Shown: positions 10,897 through 20,699 of the stretch, one piece after another | How the letters are laid out: every line of letters starts with the position of its first letter | How positions within the stretch are numbered: the stretch's first letter is position 1 | Assembly: GCA_034439575.1 (NCBI GenBank) | Contig: JAWXAQ010000036.1 | Span: 96,566 to 160,565 of the forward strand | DNA: 64,000 nucleotides | Reading direction: 5' to 3' | Source of the DNA: Leptospira sp. | GTDB lineage: Bacteria > Spirochaetota > Leptospiria > Leptospirales > Leptospiraceae | Notes under the pieces: model-generated | The model's database searches: none | Told to the model about the DNA's origin: nothing | Seen by the model: the letters and a program-made list of their open reading frames with translations, nothing else | Made by a program: the position numbers and the translations under genes

Positions 10897-11433
10897 TTAA
10901 TTTAGATGAGATTTTATTTCATCTATTGAAATATGATCTGTTACTTTGTTTGAAAATTTTACGATCTGCATTCTTAAATCAGGTCCAATTAAAAATTCTG
11001 CAGGCATACGATCCATTTTCATTCCAGGAACTTTTTTCATCTGAAACCCAAGTTTTTCAGCTTCCTTGATTTCTTTTTTTCCAGTAATAATTGTCTTAAT
11101 TACACCTAACCAAGAAGATTCGACATCATATAGTTGATAAAGTTTTTTTGTTGGATCTGGAATTAGAGAAAAAGGCATTTCCTTATTTCCAACACTATTT
11201 TTTATGCTTTCTTCGGTTGATTCAAAAACAGCTAAAATTTGAAGCCCCTTCTTTTGAAGTTCTGGGTAAACATTTAAAAGTTGATGAACTCTTAAATTAC
11301 AAAGGGCACATTCCGCGTTTCGAAAAAAAGCCAATAGAGTGAATTTTCCTTTTAAATCAGCCAGTTTTATCGTATTCCCGAGATAGTCCTTTATTGTAAA
11401 ATCTTTAGCAATATCTCCTGTTTTTATACTCAT
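10897..11433 (-). CDS. Peroxiredoxin-like (AhpC/TSA) protein
   Basis: Thioredoxin-fold pattern with FFRNAECALC (CxxC). Confidence 0.8.
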   Translation of the reverse strand: MSIKTGDIAKDFTIKDYLGNTIKLADLKGKFTLLAFFRNAECALCNLRVHQLLNVYPELQKKGLQILAVFESTEESIKNSVGNKEMPFSLIPDPTKKLYQLYDVESSWLGVIKTIITGKKEIKEAEKLGFQMKKVPGMKMDRMPAEFLIGPDLRMQIVKFSNKVTDHISIDEIKSHLN

Positions 11434-11472
11434 AAAATTTCTCCTTGTATTCTAAAATTCATATTACTTAAA

Positions 11473-11496
11473 TAATTGTTGCATAGGCAACAATTA
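11473..11496. promoter_or_regulatory. Palindromic operator upstream of the peroxiredoxin-like gene (likely MarR site)
   Basis: TAATTGTTGC-ATAG-GCAACAATTA, perfect 10-4-10 inverted repeat 40 bp upstream of the ATG. Confidence 0.6.
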
Positions 11497-11509
11497 ATTA
11501 AGCCTCAAA

Positions 11510-12188
11510 TGTGATTTTTGATACATTGTTCACCATTTTTTGCAAGACTCAAAAATAGCCTTCAAACAATCGGAAAATAATTGGTATTGTTTTGTACATT
11601 GATTGGTCTTTATCGGTTTAATTCCGAATTTTATCATTTGCTAAATTTTTTTTCCAAATGATGACTTCTTTTTCGAAGGAATTTTTTCCAATTTTAGAAC
11701 CGATTCAAGGGTTTTAGGAAATTCAAATTTCATATGTTGCCTCCATAAAAACGAAAATGCATGGTTTCTTTGGTTTGATCATTTTCTTAAAGTCGTTATA
11801 ATAGTTAATAGTATGGGAATACTAAACGATATAGTATATAAAATCCAACCTCCCCAAATTCGAAATCCAGATTGGCTAACAGCATAAAATTTTCCAAAAT
11901 TTTCTGTAAGAAAAAAGAATTTTAATATTTCTTTTCCCGAAGCAGTAAAAAAATATAAAATGCTTAAACGATATTTTAAAATGACTTTTTCTTACACGTA
12001 TCATTTTCAAATAAAGATAACTTAAGAAAAATAGAATGATATAAATATGTAATATAGGACCTTTGAGTAAATATCCAAACCCAAAAAAAAACTCCCTAAA
12101 GCTAAATAATTTGAGTTCCCTTTTATCTTTGCACGGGAAGTGTGTAATTTCTTGTTTCCAAACTCTCGAGTAAAGAACGAATGTGCAT
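11510..12188 (-). pseudogene. Decayed one- or two-gene remnant including a membrane-protein fragment
   Basis: Broken frames: ATG 12188 with early stops; RLSILYFF...IWGGWILYTISFSIPILLTIITTLRK ending at 11779; GGAGG RBS plus ATG 11733 with a 38-codon frame. Confidence 0.35.
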
Positions 12189-12212
12189 GATTTCGTCCCC
12201 GAAAAAAAATAC

Positions 12213-12226
12213 TGACCGATCAGTCA
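12213..12226. promoter_or_regulatory. TetR/AcrR-type operator-like palindrome
   Basis: TGACCGATCAGTCA, near-perfect inverted repeat upstream of the decayed remnant. Confidence 0.4.
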
Positions 12227-12387
12227 TTAAAATAAAATGTTAATTTTTTAAAATTATGCAAACTACCAAAGTCTAAATTCCAAATAGAGGATTTTAGATA
12301 GATGAAAGAAGGTAATGTCAATAAATTTCGCATGGAACATCATAGGATGAGTCCTTCTTTTTAAATTTAAAATATATTTTATTTCTG

Positions 12388-12492
12388 TGGGCGCCTCGCA
12401 ATGGTTAGATGTCGTATACATTTTTTAATCGCGACCAGGCTTTCCGTTGCAATCTTCGCTATCGCTTCGATTTTCACTACAATCCTTGGCGC
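12388..12492 (-). repeat. GC-rich dispersed REP-like element
   Basis: Minus strand GCGCCAAGGAT...GGAAAGCCTGG...GGCGCCCA; same end architecture as the element at 25003. Confidence 0.55.
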
Positions 12493-12543
12493 TTAGATTT
12501 TTAAAGAAATGGGAAATTTATTAGATTATAAAAGCCAATTGTA

Positions 12544-12557
12544 TTGATTTCGATCAA
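12544..12557 (+). promoter_or_regulatory. FNR/Dnr/NnrR box upstream of nnrS
   Basis: Perfect TTGAT-TTCG-ATCAA; extended -10 TGTTAATAT at 12577-12585. Confidence 0.85.
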
Positions 12558-12591
12558 TTACATTTCAACTCCAATATGTTAATATGTTGGA

Positions 12592-13752
12592 ATGTTGACT
12601 TTATGGATGACAGCGTTTCGCCCTTTTTTTCTCTTTGGTTCGTTTTATTCGATACTAATCATTCTACTTTGGTTATTCATTTTATTTGATTTCATTGGTT
12701 CACCCTTTAAAAGTTCCGTCATAAATTGGCATGCCTATGAAATGGTATTTGGTTTTTTACGAGCCATACTACTCGGCTTTTTATTTACAGCAGGGCAGAA
12801 TTGGACGGGGAAAACTTTGCTCAAAGGCAAATCACTTCAATTTGTAACACTATTGTGGTTACTCGGAAGATTTACGTTTATAAAATTTAATCTCTTTGCA
12901 TCAATTTCTTTCGGAATTGATATGATGTCAGATGTATTTGTCTTGTACTTGTTAGTTCCTGTATTTATGGAGAAAGGGCAAGAACGTAATCGTATTATTG
13001 TTTATGCATATTCATTGTTATTTATCTTCCATTTATTTGCAGGTTTAGCTAGTTTTCAAATCATTTCAGAAAATTTTGTATTACATTTTGTTCACCTAGC
13101 AATATTTATATTTCTGCTTTTTATCATATTAATTGCCGGTCGAATATTGCCTTTTTTTACATCTGCGGTATTGAAAGAAGCAAATCCTAAAAATAATGTG
13201 ATTATTGAAAAATTGATTCATCCTTTATTTTTCTTTTTTCTACTATGTGAATTTCTTTTACCATGGTTTGGTCAACTTCGATATATCTCAGCACTTTCGG
13301 CATTCATTCTCGCGATCGTTCATTTTGTTCGCTTATCAAATTGGAATTCACTCAAAAGTTTTAAGATTTCGATCTTATTTATTTTGCATCTTGCATACCT
13401 TTGGCTTGGATTTGGTTTTCTATTTTTTTCTGGCAGTCGAATGAATTTATTTCCAGAGTCATCCGCGTATCATCTTTTTACTATTGGTGCCGTCAGTACA
13501 TTTATATATGGAATGATTACAAGAATTCCACTTGGGCATACTGGTAGGAAAATTATTGCTTCATTTTGGACAAAATTTGCCTATTTGATTCTAAATATAG
13601 CGATGTTCATTCGTGTTATTTTACCCGTTTTATCATTCTATAAGGCGTCTTATGCGATCTCAGGTATACTCTGGCTTTTTGCATTTTTCATTTATATGAT
13701 TCAATTTACTCATATACTCATTAAACCAAGAGTTGATGGAAAAATGGGATAA
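12592..13752 (+). CDS. nnrS: NnrS-family membrane protein (NO response)
   Basis: AFRPFFL, WHAYEMVFGF, GFLFTAGQNWTG, GRILPFFT, RIPLGHTGR, PRVDGKMG. Confidence 0.92.
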   Translation: MLTLWMTAFRPFFLFGSFYSILIILLWLFILFDFIGSPFKSSVINWHAYEMVFGFLRAILLGFLFTAGQNWTGKTLLKGKSLQFVTLLWLLGRFTFIKFNLFASISFGIDMMSDVFVLYLLVPVFMEKGQERNRIIVYAYSLLFIFHLFAGLASFQIISENFVLHFVHLAIFIFLLFIILIAGRILPFFTSAVLKEANPKNNVIIEKLIHPLFFFFLLCEFLLPWFGQLRYISALSAFILAIVHFVRLSNWNSLKSFKISILFILHLAYLWLGFGFLFFSGSRMNLFPESSAYHLFTIGAVSTFIYGMITRIPLGHTGRKIIASFWTKFAYLILNIAMFIRVILPVLSFYKASYAISGILWLFAFFIYMIQFTHILIKPRVDGKMG

Positions 13753-13775
13753 TTGGGTAGTTATAATTAAAAACT

Positions 13776-13791
13776 TATGACATATGTCATA
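13776..13791. promoter_or_regulatory. Perfect 16-bp palindrome in the nos promoter
   Basis: TATGACATATGTCATA. Confidence 0.6.
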
Positions 13792-13809
13792 GAAAAAATA
13801 TTTTCGGTC

Positions 13810-13823
13810 TTGATTTAGATCAA
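13810..13823 (+). promoter_or_regulatory. FNR/Dnr box of the nos operon
   Basis: Perfect TTGAT-TTAG-ATCAA; -10-like TAAACT at 13846-13851. Confidence 0.85.
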
Positions 13824-13904
13824 TGCGGATCATTCACAGGATGCTTAAACTCAGATTCAGATACAAATGAATAAGAATCATAAATCTAATTGGATGATAC
13901 TCGA

Positions 13905-14480
13905 ATGAAAAATCAAAACCAGAAAATATTACAAAGTATTTTAAAATCAATGTTCTTAATATCAGTTCTTGCCTTGCCTCTCACATATTGTGGTGATAGC
14001 GGAAATGAAGCAGGAAAAGGTATATCTGCAGTTTCCGATGATAAATCAAAGGCAGATGTATTAAAGATAGCCATGGGATCAAAAGATCATACAACTCTCG
14101 TAACAGCTGTTTCAGCTGCGGGTCTTGTCGATTCACTTGCCAATCAGGGACCTTTTACAGTCTTTGCTCCAACAAATGCAGCTTTTGAAAAATTGCCTTC
14201 GGGTACCGTTGATAATCTACTCAAAAGTAGTCAAAAAGACAGCCTTAAGGATATATTGGAATATCATGTTGCAGTAGGAAACCTAACAGAAGATATACTG
14301 AAATCTGAATATACTGGAAAAGAAGATCAACTTGGTATGGCTAACGGCGGAAATGCGAAGATCTCTCTAAAAAATGGAAAAATCATGATTAATAATGCAA
14401 CTGTGATAGCATCTATAACAGCTACAAATGGTATCATCCACGTCATTGATACAGTGATTCTTCCGCCGGAAAACAAATAG
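13905..14480 (+). CDS. Fasciclin (FAS1)-domain lipoprotein
   Basis: FTVFAPTNAAF, ILEYHV, NGIIHVIDTVILP; lipobox LTYC; start is 13905 or 13950. Confidence 0.9.
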   Translation: MKNQNQKILQSILKSMFLISVLALPLTYCGDSGNEAGKGISAVSDDKSKADVLKIAMGSKDHTTLVTAVSAAGLVDSLANQGPFTVFAPTNAAFEKLPSGTVDNLLKSSQKDSLKDILEYHVAVGNLTEDILKSEYTGKEDQLGMANGGNAKISLKNGKIMINNATVIASITATNGIIHVIDTVILPPENK

Positions 14481-14507
14481 GATTTTTATTATACATAAGG
14501 AGTAATT

Positions 14508-14972
14508 ATGAAAAATAGCATTAAACAAAAAAAAGTAAAACAAAAGTTAAATATAAGTTTAATTCTGGTCTTATTCGCCATATTAATGTTAACTTATTGT
14601 GGGGGAGAAAAGTCTGGTGAGTCTTCAGATACAGGTGAAGGATCCAAAGGTATTGGTCCGATCACATCTGTTTCGTTAGGAGAAATAAACCCAGAGATGG
14701 CAAATAAGGGTAAGGGTCATTTTGAAGCCAAGTGTAGTGCATGTCATAAGTTTGATGAAAAAGTCGTAGGCCCTGGACTTCAAGATATAACGCTTCGCAG
14801 AACACCAGAATGGATTATGAATATGATACTTAACCCAGTAGAAATGACTCAAAAAGATCCCATCGCCAAAGGATTGCTAGAAGAGCATCTAACACAAATG
14901 ACATTTCAAAATATTCAAGAATCGGAAGCACGAGAAATTTTAGAATATTTTAGAAAAATGGATAAAAAATAG
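14508..14972 (+). CDS. Monoheme cytochrome c lipoprotein (probable NosZ electron donor)
   Basis: CSACH heme motif, VGPGL, distal Met in TQMTFQ; lipobox LTYC. Confidence 0.9.
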   Translation: MKNSIKQKKVKQKLNISLILVLFAILMLTYCGGEKSGESSDTGEGSKGIGPITSVSLGEINPEMANKGKGHFEAKCSACHKFDEKVVGPGLQDITLRRTPEWIMNMILNPVEMTQKDPIAKGLLEEHLTQMTFQNIQESEAREILEYFRKMDKK

Positions 14973-14981
14973 GATATTTAT

Positions 14982-16904
14982 ATGATTCACCTTCCCAAAA
15001 AAAGTCTTTCCTTCTTTTTTTTAGTATTAGTTTTATCAATTGCATCTAACTGCAAGAAGGGTGCATCGACAGCAGTTCTTGCCTCAGATGCCGCAAGTCG
15101 AGTTTACGTAGCACCAGGTGAAAAAGACGAAGTTTATGCTTTTTTATCTGGTGGTTTCAATGGTCAAATGTCGGTTTACGGTATTCCTTCATCAAGGCTT
15201 TTCAAAATCATTCCAGTATTTTCTGTTTTTCCGGAAAATGGTTATGGCTTTGATGAAGAAACAAAAGATATGCTTAAAACTACTCATGGTTATGTGCCAT
15301 GGGATGACAGTCATCATGTGGAAGCGTCTATGACAGACGGAAAACAAGATGGACGTTGGATGTTTTTAAATGCGAACAATACTCCTAGGCTTGCTCGAAT
15401 TGATTTAAAATCTTTCGAAACTAAAGAGATTATAGAAATTCCAAATACAGCTGGTAACCATGCTTCACCATTCGCTACCGAAAATACCGAATTTTTGATG
15501 GCAGCAACTCGCTTTTCAGTACCTATTCCAAACGTTCCACTTCCTATCGAAAATTTTTCTAAAGGAGATTTCAAAGGAACTATCACGATGGTAAAAGTTG
15601 AAAAAGATACAGGAAGACTTTCCATCGATCTTCAAATTCTTGTTCCTGGTTTCAATTATGATCTTTCTCATTGTGGAAAAAATAAGTCACACGATTGGTG
15701 TTTTTTTAGTTCGTATAACTCAGAACAGGCGCATAAAATGCTTGAAGTAGGTGCTTCTAAAAAAGACAAAGATTTCATTCTCGCATTTAACTGGGTTCGG
15801 GCGCAAGAATGTAAAGCTCAAGGCAAAGCGGCTAATTTTGGTGGAGAATATGTAAATAATTTTCGTCCCGAAAATAAACCAGCAGTATCTACGCGATTGA
15901 GCGGTGTGAAAATGTTACAACCAAAAGATTGCCCAGGTATGATGTATTATATGCCAACTCCAAAGAGCCCGCACGGTACTGACGTTGATCCGACCGGCGA
16001 ATATATTGTAGGTGGAGGTAAATTGGCATCCGTGATTCCAGTTCATTCTTTTTCTAAAATGATCGAAGTAAAAGATAAAGCAGAACATCAGTCAGGTGAT
16101 ATAAATGGGATTCCTATTCTTAAATATGAATCAACATTAGCAGGGGAAGTTAAAAAACCATGCCTTGGTCCATTACATACAGAATTTGATGGAAAAGGGT
16201 TTGCTTACACATCTTGTTTTGTAAGTTCTGAAGTAGTTAAATGGGAATTAGGAACATGGGAAGTTGTACAACATTTACCTGCTTATTATAGTGTAGGTCA
16301 CCTATCCATTGTAGGTGGTAGCTCAAAAGAACCATACGGGAAATATTTAGTCGCTATGAATAAAATCACTAAAGATAGATATTTACCGGTCGGTATGGAA
16401 CTTCCACAAAGTGCTCAGCTTTATGACATTTCATCAGGTAAAGCTGAACTTCTGTCAGACTTTCCAACTGTTGGTGAGCCACACTATTCGCAAATGATTC
16501 CTGCTAAACTCATTATGGATAAGACAACGAAACTTTATCCCTTGGAAGAAAACAATCATCCATACGCTGTAAAAAGCGAAAAAGATACAAGAGTTGTGAG
16601 AGAAGGTGGGGCGGTTCATGTATATATGACAGCCATCAGATCACATTTTAAACCAGATACAATCGAAGCTCGGTCAGGTGAGACACTTTACTTCCATGTC
16701 ACAAACCTAGAACAAGATTATGATATACCTCATGGATTTGCAATAAGCGGTGCTCCAAATATGCCGAACTTGCTTATCATGCCAGGTGAAACTAAAACTT
16801 TCAAATGGATCGCTCCGAAACCAGGGATTTATCCATTTTATTGCACGGATTTTTGTTCTGCACTCCACCAAGAGATGCAACAGTATATCCGCGTAAGCCA
16901 GTAA
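14982..16904 (+). CDS. nosZ: Sec-dependent (clade II) nitrous-oxide reductase
   Basis: CuZ His motifs DSHH, GNH, SPHG, GPLH, VGH, EPH; CuA motif IPHGF...CTDFCSALHQEM; no Tat RR motif. Confidence 0.97.
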   Translation: MIHLPKKSLSFFFLVLVLSIASNCKKGASTAVLASDAASRVYVAPGEKDEVYAFLSGGFNGQMSVYGIPSSRLFKIIPVFSVFPENGYGFDEETKDMLKTTHGYVPWDDSHHVEASMTDGKQDGRWMFLNANNTPRLARIDLKSFETKEIIEIPNTAGNHASPFATENTEFLMAATRFSVPIPNVPLPIENFSKGDFKGTITMVKVEKDTGRLSIDLQILVPGFNYDLSHCGKNKSHDWCFFSSYNSEQAHKMLEVGASKKDKDFILAFNWVRAQECKAQGKAANFGGEYVNNFRPENKPAVSTRLSGVKMLQPKDCPGMMYYMPTPKSPHGTDVDPTGEYIVGGGKLASVIPVHSFSKMIEVKDKAEHQSGDINGIPILKYESTLAGEVKKPCLGPLHTEFDGKGFAYTSCFVSSEVVKWELGTWEVVQHLPAYYSVGHLSIVGGSSKEPYGKYLVAMNKITKDRYLPVGMELPQSAQLYDISSGKAELLSDFPTVGEPHYSQMIPAKLIMDKTTKLYPLEENNHPYAVKSEKDTRVVREGGAVHVYMTAIRSHFKPDTIEARSGETLYFHVTNLEQDYDIPHGFAISGAPNMPNLLIMPGETKTFKWIAPKPGIYPFYCTDFCSALHQEMQQYIRVSQ

Positions 16905-16917
16905 TATTCGAAAGCAT

Positions 16918-17526
16918 ATGAAATCTCTATTGTTTCAAAAGCTAACAAAAATTAACCGACTTCTAATCTTAGGAGTCGGTCTTGTGTTGATCTCCGTATA
17001 TTTTTTGCCTATTTGGTCCATATCCCTTGCTGCTCCTCAATACCCAGAGGGACTTGGGATGAAGATTTGGATTAACAAATTAATTGGAGATACATCCTAC
17101 GACCTTCAAAATATCAACCTATTAAACCACTACATTGGTATGCAGGAAATAGTTTCTAGTTCTATTCCAGAACTTCTATTTATGCCGTATGTTCTTGGTT
17201 ATTTGATTTTTGGAGCATTTTTTACTGAGCTTGTCCCGAGAGTGGGAATGGCATTGCTCGGTATCGTAAATCTAATTCTCGTCGGCCTTGTGGGTTTCTA
17301 TGATTTTTGGAGATGGGAGTACAATTACGGACATAATTTAAATCCAGAAGCACCTATCATAGTAGAAGGAATGGTTTATCAACCACCACTCCTTGGATGT
17401 AAAGAGATGTTGAATATCACTGCTTGCAGTTTTCCATCTTATGGTGGTTATATATTGATCGGATCTCTATTTCTATTAAGTTATGTGGTGTGGTCAGAGT
17501 ATAAAAAAAATAAAAATGCATTTTAG
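16918..17526 (+). CDS. nosB: NosB-type membrane protein
   Basis: APQYPEGL, INLLNHYIGM, YGHNLNPEAPI, YQPPLLG; directly after clade II nosZ. Confidence 0.85.
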   Translation: MKSLLFQKLTKINRLLILGVGLVLISVYFLPIWSISLAAPQYPEGLGMKIWINKLIGDTSYDLQNINLLNHYIGMQEIVSSSIPELLFMPYVLGYLIFGAFFTELVPRVGMALLGIVNLILVGLVGFYDFWRWEYNYGHNLNPEAPIIVEGMVYQPPLLGCKEMLNITACSFPSYGGYILIGSLFLLSYVVWSEYKKNKNAF

Positions 17527-17905
17527 AATCCGTAACTTTACCATATTTGCAATTGTTTTATCATTTTTATCTGGATGTGGGAACTCACAACCCGTACACA
17601 TTGAACCAGGTAAAGTGAGTTGTGCACATTGTTCTATGTCCATAGTTGATATGAGATTTCACACACAAACGCTTACATCAAAAGGCAGAAGGTATCATTT
17701 TGATTCCATTGAGTGTTACTATCACTTTCATGAGAAAATTGGTGGCCAGAGTAAAAAAGTATGGATGTCAAATTTTCAAAATCCTAATGAATACTTGGAT
17801 GAAGACCATGCATTTATTATAAAATCAAATCAAATTCGTTCTCCGATGGGAGAAGGTTATGCTGCCTTCAAATCAAAATATGATTACGATTCTATTTTCC
17901 AATAA
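17516..17905 (+). CDS. nosL: Copper chaperone lipoprotein NosL
   Basis: Lipobox LSGC; CAHCSM, FDSIEC, SPMG. Confidence 0.9.
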   Translation: MHFRIRNFTIFAIVLSFLSGCGNSQPVHIEPGKVSCAHCSMSIVDMRFHTQTLTSKGRRYHFDSIECYYHFHEKIGGQSKKVWMSNFQNPNEYLDEDHAFIIKSNQIRSPMGEGYAAFKSKYDYDSIFQ

Positions 17906-19154
17906 TCGGAAACTCATCTATTTGGTTAAATCAATTTTATATTGTGCTATATTTCTAAATACTGTTTCTCTCTATTCAAAAAGAATAGATGTTTGCCAAC
18001 AATGCATTGTTAAATCTATAAAAACTGCCATTCATTTAGCAAAGGCAGGCGATACAATTATCATTGATAATGGTACTTACAAAGAAGGACTTGTGATCAT
18101 TGATAAAAGTATAAGTATAATTGGTAAAAACGATGTTATCATTGATGGGAATTCGGAAAATCACGTTTTCGATGTGCGGGCAAACGATGTTAAAATTCAA
18201 AACCTTAAGATTATAAACGGAGGAGTTTCCGATTTATTTGAGTTTGCTGGAATCCATGCAGAAAGAGTCAAAGGTTGTCAATTTTTGAATAACCAATTTG
18301 AAAACACTGCTTATGCACTTTATTTGGCAGAAGTGAATAACTGCGTTTTGAGAGATAACAAATCAATAGGGCAAGCCAAAAATGAAGTATCAGGTGGAAA
18401 TGGGATTCACCTTTGGTCATCAGAACAAATTGAAATATATAATAATACTTTAGAACATCACAGAGATGGAATTTATCTCGAATTCTCAAAACTACTTAAG
18501 ATTGAAGGCAACACCTCACGAGATAACATTCGTTATGGAATGCATTTTATGTTTTCGTCGGAAAATCAATTTCGCAAAAATATTTTTGAAAATAATTCGG
18601 CTGGTGTTGCAGTAATGTATAGCAAAAAAATTTTAGTTGAAGGAAATATATTTAAAGACAATTGGGGACAAGCATCTAATGGTTTATTATTAAAAGATAT
18701 CTCGGATAGTTTTTTCCTAAAAAATTTATTTATCAACAATACTATAGCCATTTTCGCTGACGGTTCTAATACAAATCAATTTATAAAAAATGATTTTATC
18801 AATAATGGATGGGGAATAAAAATTTTAGGGAATAGCGATTTCAATCAAGTATTTGAAAATAATTTTCAGCATAATGTGTTTGATGTTAGTACAAATTCAA
18901 AATCAACATCTAATGTATTTTTGCGAAATTTTTGGGACAAATACAAAGGCTTTGATTTGAATCATGATATCCAAGGAGATATTCCGCACAAACCAATTCA
19001 TTTTTTTAGTTATTGGGTTGCGGTTTATCCATTTCTTATGATCTTATATGACTCCCCCGTTGTCTTGTTTTTGCAAGGTATAGAAAAAGCATTTCCCATT
19101 GTTACACCAATTGATTTTGAAGATAAACATCCTATGATGAGAGTAAATAATTGA
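17880..19154 (+). CDS. nosD: NosD beta-helix maturation protein
   Basis: GNGIHLW, RDGIYLEFS, RYGMHFMFS, GVAVMYS, NFWDKY. Confidence 0.93.
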   Translation: MITILFSNNRKLIYLVKSILYCAIFLNTVSLYSKRIDVCQQCIVKSIKTAIHLAKAGDTIIIDNGTYKEGLVIIDKSISIIGKNDVIIDGNSENHVFDVRANDVKIQNLKIINGGVSDLFEFAGIHAERVKGCQFLNNQFENTAYALYLAEVNNCVLRDNKSIGQAKNEVSGGNGIHLWSSEQIEIYNNTLEHHRDGIYLEFSKLLKIEGNTSRDNIRYGMHFMFSSENQFRKNIFENNSAGVAVMYSKKILVEGNIFKDNWGQASNGLLLKDISDSFFLKNLFINNTIAIFADGSNTNQFIKNDFINNGWGIKILGNSDFNQVFENNFQHNVFDVSTNSKSTSNVFLRNFWDKYKGFDLNHDIQGDIPHKPIHFFSYWVAVYPFLMILYDSPVVLFLQGIEKAFPIVTPIDFEDKHPMMRVNN

Positions 19155-19852
19155 TAACTTTAAAAAATATAAATGTCAGCTATGGGAAAATGTTAGCTGT
19201 TAAGAATATGAATTTTCATTCTCCTGGCGGAAATATACTTTCTATCATTGGGCCAAATGGATCAGGAAAAAGTACTCTATTGAAAAGTATTTTGGGACTC
19301 GTAAAACCGACATCAGGTGAAATTGAATATTTTGGTTTTGAGAATACAAAATCTAAGTTTGGTTATATGCCACAAACTCCTTCATTTCCAAAAAATCTCA
19401 AATTGAGCGAATTGATTTCATTTTTAAATTCCCTAGAGACCGTCGATCAAATCAATTTTGATTATTTGTTTAAAATTTTAGATTTACAAAAGTACATGAA
19501 TCAAAAATTCGGATCTCTTTCCGGTGGAACAAAACAAAAAGTGAGTATCCTTCAATGTTTTTCTAGCTCAAAACCCATATATATCATTGATGAACCGACA
19601 GCAAGCTTGGATCCATATATATCAAATCTATTAAAAGGTATTATGATCGAAAGAAAAAAGCAAGGAGCACTTGTTATCTTTTCAACTCATATATTGACAG
19701 AGGTTCAAGAAATAGCAGACCGATTTATATTGATTTCTGAAGGTTCGTTGTTAATTGATCAATCACCAATGAAATTTTTAGAAAAAACACAGGCTACAAA
19801 TTTGCAGACTGCGTTGATGAATTTTTGGAATCAAGAGTACACAAAAAAATAA
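19151..19852 (+). CDS. nosF: ABC ATPase NosF
   Basis: GPNGSGKST, LSGG, IIDEPT; position between nosD and nosY. Confidence 0.88.
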   Translation: MITLKNINVSYGKMLAVKNMNFHSPGGNILSIIGPNGSGKSTLLKSILGLVKPTSGEIEYFGFENTKSKFGYMPQTPSFPKNLKLSELISFLNSLETVDQINFDYLFKILDLQKYMNQKFGSLSGGTKQKVSILQCFSSSKPIYIIDEPTASLDPYISNLLKGIMIERKKQGALVIFSTHILTEVQEIADRFILISEGSLLIDQSPMKFLEKTQATNLQTALMNFWNQEYTKK

Positions 19853-20628
19853 TGAAAGAAATTTTATTTTTCGAAATCAAAGAAAATATTCGAAGCCGTT
19901 GGATTTTTTTATATGCTGGTTTGCTTGCAATTGCTCTAATTCTTTTAAGTTTTTTTGGTGATCAAAATGGCATACGATTGGTTGTAAGTTTAATGAACTT
20001 AATTTTAATTGTTGTTCCATTATTTTCCATCACTTTTTCTGGACTGTCCTTTCTCGAGTCAATGCCTTTTGCTGAAGTCTTATTGACCAAATCAGTTACA
20101 CGAAGTGAACTATTTTTTGGGAAATATTTGGGCATATTAGTTTCTCTAATAATCGGATTGTTGGCAGGAGTAGGTATTCCTGGATTATTTATTTTATATA
20201 GTCATTTATTTGTATATATACAAATCATAATATTCGGAATATTGTTATCATCAATTTTTGTTTCCATATCATTTCTCATCGCTAGTTTATTCCGTCGGGG
20301 CGAGATTGTTCTCACGGCTTCATTACTTGTTTGGTTCTATTTTTTTATTTTCTTTGATGCACTCATTTTTATTTTCAGTATGTATCTCGGGGATTACCCG
20401 ATTGAAATTCCTTCACTTATTATCGTTATGTTAAATCCCATTGATTTAATTCGTATTCTGATAATTCTTCAGACGAGTTCATCAGCATTGCTGGGATTTT
20501 CTGGCGCTATACTCATGGAGACTTTTGGAATCGGAGGTGTAGTTTCCATTTCCATATCATTTATTCTAGCCTGGATTCTAATTCCAATCTATGTCGCTTA
20601 TCGAAGATTTTTAAATCTGAATTTTTAA
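19852..20628 (+). CDS. nosY: ABC permease NosY
   Basis: Hydrophobic; FFGKYLG, LNPIDLIR, ALLGFSGA; TAATG-coupled to nosF. Confidence 0.88.
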   Translation: MKEILFFEIKENIRSRWIFLYAGLLAIALILLSFFGDQNGIRLVVSLMNLILIVVPLFSITFSGLSFLESMPFAEVLLTKSVTRSELFFGKYLGILVSLIIGLLAGVGIPGLFILYSHLFVYIQIIIFGILLSSIFVSISFLIASLFRRGEIVLTASLLVWFYFFIFFDALIFIFSMYLGDYPIEIPSLIIVMLNPIDLIRILIILQTSSSALLGFSGAILMETFGIGGVVSISISFILAWILIPIYVAYRRFLNLNF

Positions 20629-20699
20629 ATCGGACAGAGTGTACGAATTATAATCTTAATTATCCGAGAAAGTATGACATAAGTTCCTGAGCTACTGTT

